This document shows, in pieces, positions 1-12,330 of a stretch of 64,000 bases of DNA. The position numbers were made by a program, and so were the translations under genes. The DNA lies in contig OZ336874.1 of NCBI GenBank assembly GCA_965287045.1, positions 35,650,001-35,714,000 of the forward strand, given 5' to 3'. Origin of the DNA: Carcharhinus amblyrhynchos (Eukaryota). The notes under the pieces are model-generated. The model was not told the DNA's origin. It did not search any database and saw only the letters and a program-made list of their open reading frames with translations. Every line of letters starts with the position of its first letter. Position 1 is the stretch's first letter.

Positions 1-365
1 CGGACAGTGTGTGTGTAGGGGGGGGTGCGGACAGTGTGTGTGTGTGGGGGGCAGCAGAGAGTGTGTGTTTAGGGGGCGGCTGAGAGTGTGTGGGGTGAGG
101 GTGATGAAGTGTGTTTGTGGGGCGGCGGCGGCGGCGGAGTGTGTGGGTGTGTGTGGGGGGGGGGTCGCGCGAAATGTGTACGTGGGTGGGCAGTGGAATG
201 TGTATGTGGGGTGCGGCGGACAGTGTGTGTGGAAGTACAATGACAGAGAGTGTGTGTGAAGGGGGGCATCAGAGAATGCGAGTATGTGTGTGGGGGGTAT
301 CAGAGAATGTATATGTGTGGGTAGAATGACAGCAAGTGAGTGTATGTGCGGTTGGCCAAGAGTGT
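1..365. repeat. GT-rich low-complexity, degenerate tandem repeat
   Basis: Recurring CGGACAGTGTGTGTG and AGAGTGTGTG units with G runs; it resumes briefly at about 672-712 after a SINE. It explains the Cys/Val/Gly ORFs. Confidence 0.85.
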
Positions 366-370
366 TACGT

Positions 371-667
371 AAAGTTTATCTGTGTCCCAAGTAGGCTTAC
401 ATTAACACTGCAATTAAGTTACTGTGAAAAACCCGTAGTCGCCACCCTCCTGTGCCTGTTTGGATACACTGAGGGAGAATTTAGCATGGCCAATGCACTT
501 AACCAGCATGTTTTTTGGATTGTGGAAGGAAACCGGAGTGCCCAGAGGAAACTCATATGGACACGGGGGAACGTACAGAATCCACACGGACACCAAAGCC
601 GGGAACCGAATTCAGGTCCCTGATTCTGTGAGGCAGCAGTGCTAACCACTGTACCATCATGGTGCCC
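371..667 (-). mobile_element. tRNA-derived shark SINE (HE1/V-SINE-like), tail type A
   Basis: The minus strand starts GG..GGTACAGTGGTTAGCACTGCTGCCTCACAG (Pol III A box) with a B-box-like motif. It has the central ATTGGCCATGCTAAATT and the tail ACAGTAACTTAATTGCAGTGTTAATGTAAGCCTACTTG. Near-identical copies lie at 15660 and 62750. Family name is from recall. Confidence 0.85.
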
Positions 668-3600
668 AACCGAGTGTATGTGGAGGTTAGCAAAGAGTAA
701 GTGTGTGTGGGGGTTTATTATAGAATGATTACAAGGAGGCAGGATTTAAAAACCTCTCCTCATACAATACAAATTGCAAACATAAACATAAGGGCAGTTG
801 CTTCAAGTTTCCCTTTTGGGATTTGAACAGCTTGGCATTTGCCATTAGCTGTGCGCTTTAACACATTGCCTATTCCATTCAAGCTATGGTCTCTACTTCC
901 ATTTTTATTTCTGTCATGATTATGACTGAGAGATCTCCCTCATGAACAGAGGGAGTTTGTGATCACTTTATGATGCAAGCGCCATTTCTGGACTCACTGT
1001 CACCAGTTGCACTCAATTCCCTTACTTCCATCTTCCATCCCATTCTGCCAGTCGATGAACCTTGCTTCTTGGCTATTATCCTAAGCATTCGATAGATATT
1101 TGATCTTACCAGTGTATTTTCCTGCATGTCCCTAACTGTTGCATGCTGCTATTCACTAGATCACTCTGCAGTATAAGTCACCTGAGTTCCACCTCTGGGC
1201 AATTGGCCTATGAATGTGATAACTCTCCCCGCATGTCAAATTACCGCTGTCCAGCCCTTTATTGATTGTATTTTGTTCCTGAAAATCTTCAACATATGAC
1301 ACATGAATCCCATTTGAGGTACTAGGTGCCATATTTACTTCCATTAGATGCTTGGTCTAAACCAAATCACTTGGAAGCAGAATGTATGGCTTTGAGGGAA
1401 CAGATTTGTATTGAACCCTCTTTAGCTCTTTCTAAGATACCTCCTACTGCTCTGACATAGATTTATCTACAGGTAGCTGTTTCCATTCTGCTTTTACCAA
1501 ATTATATCTGAAATAGGTGAATTGGACTTAATGCAAATAATAAAGTTAATATCAAATGTTCAAGTTTGGTTTTAATTTGTATAAATAAATTTCATCAGGC
1601 TTATAAGCTGACATGTATCTTGACAAACTTCATACTCTTATATTTGCTCAATATTCATTGAATATGCCTTCATGGAACTGTATGGAAACTTTCAGTCATC
1701 AACGTCTCATATGTTCCTTCATTAGCAATAAAGAAGGAACAAAAATTAAACAAAGCTTCCTCCACTAACTCCACCATATATAGATGTTTAAAAAATGATT
1801 ACACAAACATTCTTTCGAGAACCTAAACTTACATTAGATGTCAGGTTTGTGAACTGCTCATGTTTAGCTGCTGTGATTAGTGGCATCAATTAACCTGGAG
1901 TGAGCCTTTAGCTTCACACCCTTTTCATCTGGAGTAGAAGATACACACTGGAGCTCTTGCTCTGAATTCTGTGTGGCATTGCATTTGGTAGGTGTTGGTA
2001 CCCACCCCCTAACAACACCCACGTCATTGTATAGGTTGTGAGTGCGCATAAAAACCTCCTACTATGTAGGGCTAAGCATCTTATTAACTGGTATAAAGAT
2101 GATTATAGTGATGGGAGGTGCATTCATGTTGAAGCCTGTCAGACTGTTAATCATCCTGTGAATCCTCTGCCACGTTGTTATTCTCCAAGTTAAGAATGGT
2201 AGAAAATGAAAACAATAACATAACCCCTTTAATAAAGTTATGACATTGTTATCACATCCAGTATGAATTGTTCTTTGTCTTCCAATGTGCAAAACAGGGA
2301 TGATCAGCTTAGGTTGGCAATTTGTTCAACAGTCAATAGTAGCATTAGGTTTATAAATGGCTGCCTGTATCGAGCAAAAAATACTGTGTTTCACTCACAG
2401 GTCAAAAGTCAACCACTGGAACTATTTTGATTTAGTTTCCCAGCCAATTGTGACATAAACCAAATCGTGTACAGAATATGCTGGGAAGTTAACAAAATAC
2501 TTTTCCCAAAATAAATTCAAATCGATTACATAATAAATATTTGTGGAATATACTTTCTGTGCTCATTGAAGCTTATAGGCTTGGGATGAATTCATAGCAC
2601 ACTCCACTGAAATTCCTTGGTCGGTAAGATTTCAAAATGTTTATTTATTGGACTTTTTGTATAGGGCAGAGACACTGGTCATACAGGATGATCTTTTGCG
2701 TACATGTGTGAATATTAATGACTTTACTGCTGAACTCAAAAAATGTTAGCTTTGTTCATTTCTCGTTACTTCTTTTTTATTAAGATGTTATCATGTTGAA
2801 ACTACCGACAGTGGAGCACCAATACCAATGCATTGAAGTGGTGGTCTGTTAGTTTGAACCCACCATCCCCAATGTACTGACTCACCATAATTTGACAGAG
2901 ATGGTAGGCTACTTCATGCATGAAAGGAGAGAAAAATCAGAGGGAGGCAAGCTTTGGGGCATCTTGAGTTTTGACCATCTCCTATAAGCCGATTTAGGAT
3001 GGCTTTGGGATTTGCCTGGAAAAGAATTGTCTTTGTGTTTTGGCCTTAGCGATGGGATAGATGGGGAAGTCATGGAAGAAGCGAAATAACTGAGAAAACA
3101 GAGTTATTGTCACATGATGTAAATAGAATAAACCTTACTGTTCTTGTATTCTGCATGCATGACCATTATATCAAATGTGCAATAGTAAAGGTGCACGATA
3201 TAATTTATTTGCTACTGCTGTAGTCATAAAATACTGACTATTTTACTGATCGTCATTCCAACAAATTGCTAATGAGATATAATTTAGACCAAGTCTAAGA
3301 AAGACTAACAAATTGTCCTGTATGCAATGTTCAAGTAAAAAATATCTTTTGTACTTTGCTTGTTTCAGCTTTCCAGATCATGGACATTTTTCTGTGGTGT
3401 CAAATGTGCTTGAACATCTAATAGATATTGATCAGAAATTCAACAGGGAAGTGATCATCCTGTGAGAGATAGCTTTGGGAACTCATATTATGAAACAAAG
3501 TAAACAAAGTAGGAAAAGTATTATGATTTATTTAGTGTATTTTTATGGTGTAACTATTGCACTGCTCCAAGAAAAAGGAGAAAACTCCATGCTTGCTCTC

Positions 3601-4764
3601 ACAATACATTTTAGCCTGTGACTACAAGGAGATACTGAGCAGAGTTCATGTGATTCTGCACAAGACAGGAGTAAATGAAAGAAACAGGCATTATGGGACA
3701 GTTTCAGGTAGCTCCTCAGTATGGGCTTATATTCCACAGTGAACGGGATTCAAATTTTTGTGTTGAAAATGTTCATTTTTTTAATTACATTTTGAATAGA
3801 TGGTTAATTTTCCTATCTGAAAATTTACATTACAAAATTAAAACTCCTCTTCCATCATCATATCTATTGATTTAAAGTCACGTTTTTTTCTAGTCTATGG
3901 CATTATGCTGTTTGATGACTGCTGGATATCTCCAAGCCCATAATCTTAATTTGAATATTCTTGTACTAGTATATTTATGTTTAATCTTATTATTTGTCCA
4001 TCTACTTTATTTCTATGTAATTTCCTTTAATATTTTGCAGAAATGTAATTTAAGAACGAATGACACTTACTCAACATTTTACACAAGAATTATGTTTGTT
4101 GCATATTTAATCTCTTGTCAGATAGCTTTTTTTTACTGTGATGGACAGGCAAATTTTTTTTAAACATTGTATTTGAATCTGAATTAATAGTTTTTGTCAG
4201 AGGACAAATTAATCCCATTTGTTGTCTTACTATAGAGTGCAAGGTTTTCAGAATCATTTGTAGAAGGTCAGTCCACTCTTTCATACTGTTACATCATGAC
4301 ACGTCAAAGAAGTCAGTGATTAGCCACTGTATGCATGTTAATTAGTGTTACCATGGAAAAGCAAGAAATTCAAACAAAAACATATGATTTGGCTCTTCTC
4401 CATTGACTTCTACATAATGAGTTATTAGCTCCAGTTAGGCTAACTAAGGGATGCATAATTCCTGAAAGCCAACTCCAGTCTTGCATCAGCAAAGGCCATG
4501 AATAGGATATCTAAATGGCCTCGTTTTTAATGTGGAGAGAACATAACCAATAATATGTGTATCAGAACCAAAGATTTAAAAATGTAATTTTATGTTTGAA
4601 AGTACGTTATTCTGTTAATGAAATCATAAATAGATATAATTGATCTTGGATCTGCTACTTATTGGAAATAACTGAGATGTTCTGAGCTTAATTGTTAGTT
4701 TTTGGAATTCCAATCCAGTTCTGGCCCCAAAGATTGCTTGGTGCAATGTCTTGATCATAATGAA

Positions 4765-5130
4765 ACAACAATTTACATTTATATAGCATGTTTAACATAG
4801 CAAACATCCAGTTACACAATAAGATTAATATTAATACATATGAATTTTTTTCACCAGCCATAGATGATTTCAAAAGTATGACTTATCAGGATGACCAGGA
4901 ATTGGCCAAAGTAGCTTTTAAGTAGAAAGTTAAAAAAGGAGAAATGGGTAGAAAGGCAGGGTGGGTTAGAAAGTGAATTTGGAACATAGGGCCAAAGGAT
5001 GGTTATTAATATTGAAGCAATAAAAATTGAGGGTGCACAGGAGGCCAGCATTGGGGGAGCCCAAAGGCTTGTAGGACTAGAAGAGGTGGCAAAGAGGGAG
5101 GCCATGAAGGAATTTGAAAACAACTTTGAG
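4765..5130 (-). mobile_element. Old LINE (L2-like) 3' fragment
   Basis: AACAATTTACATTTATATAGC is the reverse complement of an L2-type tail. The purine-rich sequence after it resembles the antisense L2 3' region and mirrors the + strand copy at 52960-53195. Confidence 0.45.
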
Positions 5131-8100
5131 GATAACTAAGGTACTGTCAGAGTCACAGCTGGGGTAGGTCAGCAATATAGGAAATACATTTTAAAATGAA
5201 GTAAATTAAGGATAATGAAACATATCACACCATAAGTGCAAGTGCACTGAAATATTGTGGGTGAAAGTATTGTGGGATGGTCAGGTTGCAGACATAATAT
5301 GTAGAAAAATGAATTTTAACGTTTTCCACAGCATCTTAATCTGGCCAAAGTAAAGCATTTAAACCGTCGGTAGTATATTTATTAATGTTCGATGTTTATA
5401 TATATTTTGTTGTGAATCTGAGATAATGGAACTATAACAACTGTAACTATCTAGCACAAATTGCTTACAGCGACATGAAGACATTCCAATATCGACACAT
5501 ACAGGACGTGAAATTAAAACACACTGAGCGGGGTATCCCGCTAGTTTTGTCTTCACGCTACTAGAAATTACTACTAAGAATGTGACTATCATGTTTATCT
5601 TGCAATTTATTGACTAGGTGTAAGAGGTTATCCCAAATATGCTCTCCAGGTGACTCGGGTTCATTATTCTTCTTTTTCAGGGCGATGTAAATCTATATAT
5701 TTCAGTTACAATCATCACCTCTGGTACTGTTCCTAGTCCCCCGTCAAGAAAATTCCCAATGGAAACACTGCAGCAGACCAAAAGTCACATTAGCGCCTGA
5801 ATCATTGGTCCAGTTATCTTTTTTGAAATTGAGTTTTCTCCTGAAAGTTTCACTAAAGCTAGCGGAGTAGAGGTCGGTGCAATCTTGTAGAAACAGTGAT
5901 AGGTTTGTGTGATAGATGGGCATTCGGGGCAAATTCCACGTGAACGATAACGATTGTCAACCCTTGAATTTAGGACTTCACACATTACCTCTCTGGCTCC
6001 AAATTAACTGTCCTGAAATTTTCAGTTACCTTTCCCAAACCTCCCACCGAGGTCATTGAATCATCAACATTTGAACTAACGAACTCCATCAGATAAATGT
6101 AAAATTTGCTGTCACTTAAGTTTTTGGTTTCATCAACCACAAAACGGCAAAACATGAATGTAGACACATTTTGGAAAGGAATAAGAGATCAGTGCATTTT
6201 TATATCCCTGCGCTAACTGGGCCATTCTAGAGGAACTGGTGGCCAAACTCACACGGCTGAGAGAGTCTGGACAGCTGATTAAAACCGACGGCCTGACTGG
6301 CTCCAAATTCTTCACAAATTTAAACATCTTGTTGAAAATTATAATTCTTCGAATGACTGCTTGTGAAACTTCTAATCTAGCCAAATTGTCAGTCGGGTCA
6401 TTTTTTTTAGCGATTCCCGTTTAAAGTTTTGAACAAACAGTTAAGACTATGAACGCTGTAAACGGTGAGGTGCAGTGTAAAAACGCTGGTCAGCTAAAAA
6501 CAGGAAAAAAAGATTATTTTTTATATTGATAGCCGAACAATTGATATGCGAGACAGAGACAACACGAGTTTCACTTCAGTGTCATTGAGCTGATAAATGT
6601 TGATTTTAAAGGTAAATTCTGGGCACAGTTAAGTATGCTAACCGTTTTGTCCCGCTTCATAACAATTGCTTGTTGAGGAATGAAAAGAAACAGTGAGGGT
6701 AGTGATTTAATGTAATTATCGTGGGCTGATTTCAGTAAGAAAATAAAACATAATACATTTTAACGTGGAGTGTACTAATGATGCACAACTCATTATTAAG
6801 CACATTCCAGATATTTATAACCCATTCATATATTTTGAATACTCGTTTAAAACAGTATTTCACAGTTTATAGCGGGAGACATTTGTCCTCGCACATTGTA
6901 TCAAAATACAAATGGATTGCAAGGATCTTGGGGTTGAGTACCTTCGTAAAACCCTGGTTTTTAACCATATTCGTATGAATTGTGCACATAGAATATTCCC
7001 CATGTGTTCACTATGTCGAGTAATTTCCATGTTTTGTGACCTTGGGCACAACCGAAAATCTAGGAGCCGTTCGGAGCCAGGATTATTTGTGAGAATGTCA
7101 AAGAGTGGGAAAAATGAAATTGATTCGCAAATAAAATGACAGCAGACCTAGTCACATATTTCTTGTGTTGGGAATTAGCTTGGAAGGTTACAATGCAACT
7201 TGTATGTTTTTACCCTCCATTAAATTGCTCTTTCACTTGTCAGGGAGCAAACTCCCGGCCGTCTTCGGCAATTATGTTGGTTTTATGCTATTAACGTGAA
7301 TGACCGCAAGATAAAGGGCAGGTATCTCCCTTCAAATTTTTTAGAAAGAATTATTTTCAACTTCTTAACAGTATTAACTTTATAAAGTTTAGCCGCACCT
7401 TCCCATTTGCCTGATCAGATCATTTCAAACAAGCAGCGGCCAGCAAATGAGAGTTCGATTTAATGTGTTACAATTAATATCTGATCGGTTCTGAAACTTG
7501 CAAATACCATGTTTCCGTGGCAATTGCCTAATAACTGTTTTCGATTATTCGATGAAGAGTGTAATAATTTTATCTAAATGAAACAAATTGTTTTAGGTAA
7601 CCCAGATTTAAGCGGCGATCCTGCCGAGCCTCACCTGTTTCAGTTTATTGATAAATATCAACATTTAAATTCACTATTGAGACACATCACCTGAAGTGTT
7701 TTAAGTGGAATAATAATAGATATAAACGCAGACATATAGGGGACACTGTCCTCTCTGTTTTAAATCCCCTGGATTTCACCTAAAAAAAACCGATTTGACT
7801 TAATAGAACGCGCGCTAGAATCGAGGAATAGAGCCTACCGGCAAACCTTTGAATAAAACAGAGCACACATGTTCTGAACTACAGCACTTTAGGCTTGTGC
7901 AACTATTTTTAAAAGTGCCATTTTTGTACATAAACATTCCTGGCGGGCTACCTGGCCCTTTCCAACATGAATATATTAACTGTCAGAGACTTGAAGAACA
8001 TTGGTTGATTTAGCCTATAAAAGCGTTTTCCGCTTTCCATCAAACTATATCCAGCTATAGTATTGTCCATATGTAGCGAGTTTGCTTTGGGCAGTGTTGT

Positions 8101-8859
8101 AGGTAAAATATAGCGAACACGGGACAGTTGCAAGCAGTGCCAATCTGACCCAGGTGCTAGTCATTTAAGTTTGTATTTAATTCAAATCACTGCCATGCAA
8201 ACAGTTAGAAACCCACATTTGTTATATAACAGACGGGACTGTGATAAAGTTATGCTGGGGTCATCGGGTTGACGGTGAAGTGCGGTGGGAGCTGTGCATC
8301 TGTGGTACCAATGTGTGTGATTACCTGTCTGGAAGCAAGTGCTGCAACCCACTCACCCCCGCACCCCAGCATTGGCACAGTTACAGAATAAAAAGGCTGG
8401 AGAGAGACAAACGGCGAATTTGTTTCTCTCTCTTTCTGTAAGGACAGTAATCAGTTAGGAGTTTCCTCATAGAATGTGGTCATACCCAGAAAAGCGTTTG
8501 TTTAACATTAAGAACGTATCTTATTTGCACATTTCACTACTTGTGTGAGAAATGGGAAGGGGGAGGGGCATTCCGTTTATAACATAACTCCCCTCCAATG
8601 AAAAGACAATCAATTCGATACAATTTGTAAACATCCTTGGCCGCTGCGTTTGAGGAATAAACAGAGAGCAAGCAAATGAGAGCACTGAACTTACTTATTT
8701 CAGGGGGTGGGGGTACTGACTTGGTTTTTGTTTCATTACTGCTCCTGAGCTGTAATTAAAACTATTTGGTACATTTCTGGAGGCAGACTGAGGAGGGAGG
8801 GGTAAACAGAGGGTGAAGCGATGGGAAAAGGCTTTAATTATTCAGAATGTTAGAGAGTA

Positions 8860-9353
8860 ATGCTTTGGCCGGCATGTGATGCAGTGTTTCCGAATCCCCC
8901 CTCCTCGCACTGTGTAAATTATTTGCAGACGGCCAAGCATTGTAATCGGACAGATTCGCAAGCTAAAATCAGGGGGTTTGGAGGCGAGAAAGATAACGCC
9001 AAAGTTACCAAGACTCATAGGTGGGGGTGGTTAGTCCGGCAGCTGTAAGAGTTTCACTTTCTTTTCGCTGTGTCGCAGGGGGACTTGGCGATTTTTTTCT
9101 CTCTCTCTAAAGGCGAACAGGACATGATCTCACATGTAGCGAGCTCTTTTAGTTCCTTAATCATTTCACGGTTTGTTCAGAGCCTTTTCTCCACCTAAAA
9201 CGTTTAGTTTCGGATCAATGGGCAGCACCAAAGACGCGGCGGGATAGCGGAAGAGTCAAATTATTCGAAGCCGACAAAACACGCACACACACCGAAAAGG
9301 GGGAAACTTTTCTTCCAATCTCTTCACAAAGGACTCGAAATCCCAGAACCAGT
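8860..9353 (+). promoter_or_regulatory. pax5: Pax5 exon 1A proximal promoter and 5' UTR (TSS not determinable)
   Basis: 9117-9210 (ACAGGACATGATCTCACATG...TTTAGTTCCTTAATCATTTC...CCACCTAAAACGTTTAGTTTC) matches the mammalian PAX5 exon 1A leader as I recall it. The region is CpG-rich, with E-box CAGCTG at 9040-9045 and an IRF/PRDM1-type motif at 9051-9066. Confidence 0.75.
9124..9198 (+). CDS. Putative upstream ORF, 24 aa: MISHVASSFSSLIISRFVQSLFST
   Basis: Open from ATG 9124 to TAA 9196-9198 and coincides with the block resembling the mammalian leader. Translation is not shown. Confidence 0.5.
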   Translation: MISHVASSFSSLIISRFVQSLFST

Positions 9354-9393
9354 ATGGAAAAAAACGGCAGCGCGCTCAGGAGTGTCCGATCAG
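9354..9393 (+). CDS. pax5: Pax5 alternative first coding exon 1A (MEKNGSALRSVRS-G)
   Basis: Strong Kozak context (AGTATGG), 40 nt, donor CAG|GTAGGT. Phase 1 joins exon 2 in frame (G+GG = Gly). The peptide resembles mammalian MDLEKNYPTPRTSRTG (EKN...R..R.G). Confidence 0.85.
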
Positions 9394-11949
9394 GTAGGTT
9401 TAAAAACGTTTCTGTGAAGAAGAAAAATATATAAATAATTAGAAAGCATGAAGCGACTGCATTGGTGACAGCCTCATACTTAACAGTACAGAAACATCAT
9501 TCATTCTATAAAAATGCATAGGAAATGTTCAGACACTTGCTTTAAAAAACAAAGGAATTTTAAATAATCAAGCGGGGTTCAATGACCGTTCAAGTCCTGG
9601 GGAATATTTGAAGCGAATTTAGTGAACTTTGAAAACTTAAAATAAACGCTAAGCATAAACAAAGGGTAGATGTATCTCCGGGCGTGAATATGGGCACTTG
9701 TGCTGTTTGTCTGAAATGAGCAGGTTAGGGGAAGACATCTTGGTGCTGATTTTTAGAGTTGTTTCCCCGTCAGAACTGAGCGTGATAACTTTTTCACGCG
9801 TTGCGGCAAATTCGGATTGCAGTAAAGCCCCCTCCAGCGATCACTTCAGATCGATAAGATAATCAATGGTCGTTCCTGAGGTTCAACAGTTTAAATAATT
9901 TAAAACACACGTTTAGTTCATGTTTAAGTTCAAAGTCGTTTGGTTTCCACTTAATATTTACAAAGTGATGGTTGTCATCAATCTGCGCAAGGCGAAACTG
10001 TTGAAGTGAGATCTGCAGCTGGGGGAGGGGGTGACAAAAAAAACAGTTCGCCGCAAACCTCTGCTTTCATGTGCGAAGGGGTGAGGTTGATCATCGCTCC
10101 TGCTTGCCTGTGGGTGTGTGTGAGTTGATCGGGATTGCTTCCAGGGTTTTTTTGTTTGCAGTTTTGCAGAATTAAAATATGTACAGTGGCTGGATTCGGT
10201 GTCACCTAAGTGTTTGCTTTGCTTTTTGCATATCGTTTGTTTTTAAGTGTCTAGATGGTTCGATAGACGCGCTGCAGATGTGGGCGATGCCGGGCACTCC
10301 ATATTTTGGTTTCTGGTTCGGAGATTAATACAAAATGTTTGTGATTGACTTGTTGATGAAAATCTCCCCCTCTCCCACCACCCGAACTGTTTTCAAATAA
10401 CCCTCTCCAGTAACTGCTTTAACATGAACTCCAAAGGTGAAACGAGCGTACGGAGGCCTCAATAATAAACATAAATTAACCCACACCGTTCACTTTGTTG
10501 ATAAACATTGATTTCAAACTTCAAAAAGTAAAGAAAAGCGAAACAGTAAAATGACCCTACCGACATCGGCTTTGGGGATCTGCGGCAGCAGCTGTTCTGA
10601 ACCTTTGACTGTTTTACTGTCTTTTAGTGCGGGACAGGTGCCGCTATAGTCAAATGGAATGAAGTTAAAATCTCTTTTGGATTTTTGTCCCGATTCTCGG
10701 ACACCCACTGTTTGACTAATTCTGACAAAAATAATTGAACAAAGCATTTCATCACATTAAAATAATTTTTTACACATTTACTTGTGAATACCCAGTGAAT
10801 TTCAATCGAGGGCTGAGGGCATGTACTTTATAACTGCAAATAAAATGTCTCCGATTGGGTTTGCCGGTCATAATGGCCACGCGTACTGAATCTTCAGCGG
10901 CAAGGCACGCTCCTTAACTCTTCTGCACTCAGTACGTCAACTCAAAACTCAGGCAATCCTTCCAATGAATCCGCACGACTTTGTTCGATTTTGCCCATAT
11001 TTCAGATTAGGAAGGCAAAGGTGGCGAACCCCTGATTTGAAAGGAGCGGTTTCAAAGTTGTTTTTGATCTCTGGTATCTTGACATGGTGTAGGGACTGAG
11101 AAGTATCTTCCTCCTGTGCTTTACAGTGTGAAATGTGGCTCCGTGTTGTCTTATACCTTCCTGCATTTCACAATACGTGCGTATCCGCTGATTATAAACA
11201 ACACTATTTTTGCTCATTTCTCAAACTGTAGGACCTCAATCGCCGTGATTCACCCAACATGGTGGAACCAGACACTGAGACCTTGCTTTTGAGAGCAGTG
11301 ATGGGGGGGGGGGGGGGGGGGGGGGGAATGGTTACAGGGTGAACGGTGAATATCGGGGATGTCTCGCCGTGCGAAGTGCCATCTGATTTTCTAGGGATTG
11401 TAAGACATTGCTATTTTCTTATCTGAAATTAATTCAACAGGTTTGCCCAGCAGCCTGTTCGCCAATACCAGTTGGACTGACAGTGATGGTTCAGGTCGCC
11501 GGCCTGTGTTTAACGTGCCCAGTTCTGTACTCAGGACCTCCACCACTTCCGCACGGCTCTGATAAAATAACAAATCAAACCCGGTTATGGGTAATGGTTC
11601 ACATCGCAAGAAATAAATCATTCAATGAAACGCAACTCCCAGCTTCCAAAAGCAGAGCGCTTAATAACCACACGACTCGGCAAAAGAATGTATTTTGTGG
11701 ATCCAGGTTTTGCCCATTACCTCTCCTGCTATTTAGAATAACACAGAGCCGTCTGCAATCCGGTTCCATTCACCACGCTCTCTTTAACCAGGGCCCTTTG
11801 CTGTTCCTTTCAATGGCAGCGTGTTAAAAATGAAAGAAACAAGAAAACGAATAGGATCTCGAAAAGGTTTAGTTAAAAAAAACAGGCCGCATTTGGCCTC
11901 AAGTATTCTTCAGCGTATTAATTTGAAATCCGTCACATAATTCACGTGG

Positions 11950-12330
11950 AATCACTGGAAACAAAGAGTGGGTTCCTGTGCCCTTCAGTCCCTGACAGAT
12001 TAACTGACCCCTCCACCCTTCCCCAGTTCAGCTTGCGAAAGGATCCTGCCCAGTTATTGATCATAAAGGGCTCCAGTTGCCGAGCTTGACACTAGAATGA
12101 ATTTGTGCCATTCTGGGACATTAACTGCTTTTCCTGTCTGTGACCCGTGAAATAATCTATATCATTGTTTACTTTCAGCTTCCGAGCTGACAGATGACAG
12201 TGTCGAAATCCTTTGTATCAGCACGTGCGAGCCACGCTTGTTGGGTATGGTGGGACCTGTTTTAAAGTGCTGCCTCTTTGTTAATTAGCTGGCCTTCTGG
12301 TGATGAACTTTACATTGTCTGCCTGTATAT
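11950..12330. promoter_or_regulatory. Candidate conserved enhancer between exons 1A and 1B
   Basis: Non-repetitive, motif-dense block: paired-domain-like GCCACGCTTG (~12233), homeodomain TTAATTAG (~12281), Sox CATTGT (~12164) and two TGACAG (Meis/TALE) at about 12188-12201. Confidence 0.45.

Noticed and set aside
11-329. Cys/Val/Gly-rich and His/Thr/Pro-rich ORFs
   Set aside because: Translations of the GT-rich simple repeat.
600-667. tRNA genes at SINE heads (also 15930, 56600, 58100, 63010)
   Set aside because: A/B boxes only, continuous with SINE bodies; no cloverleaf.
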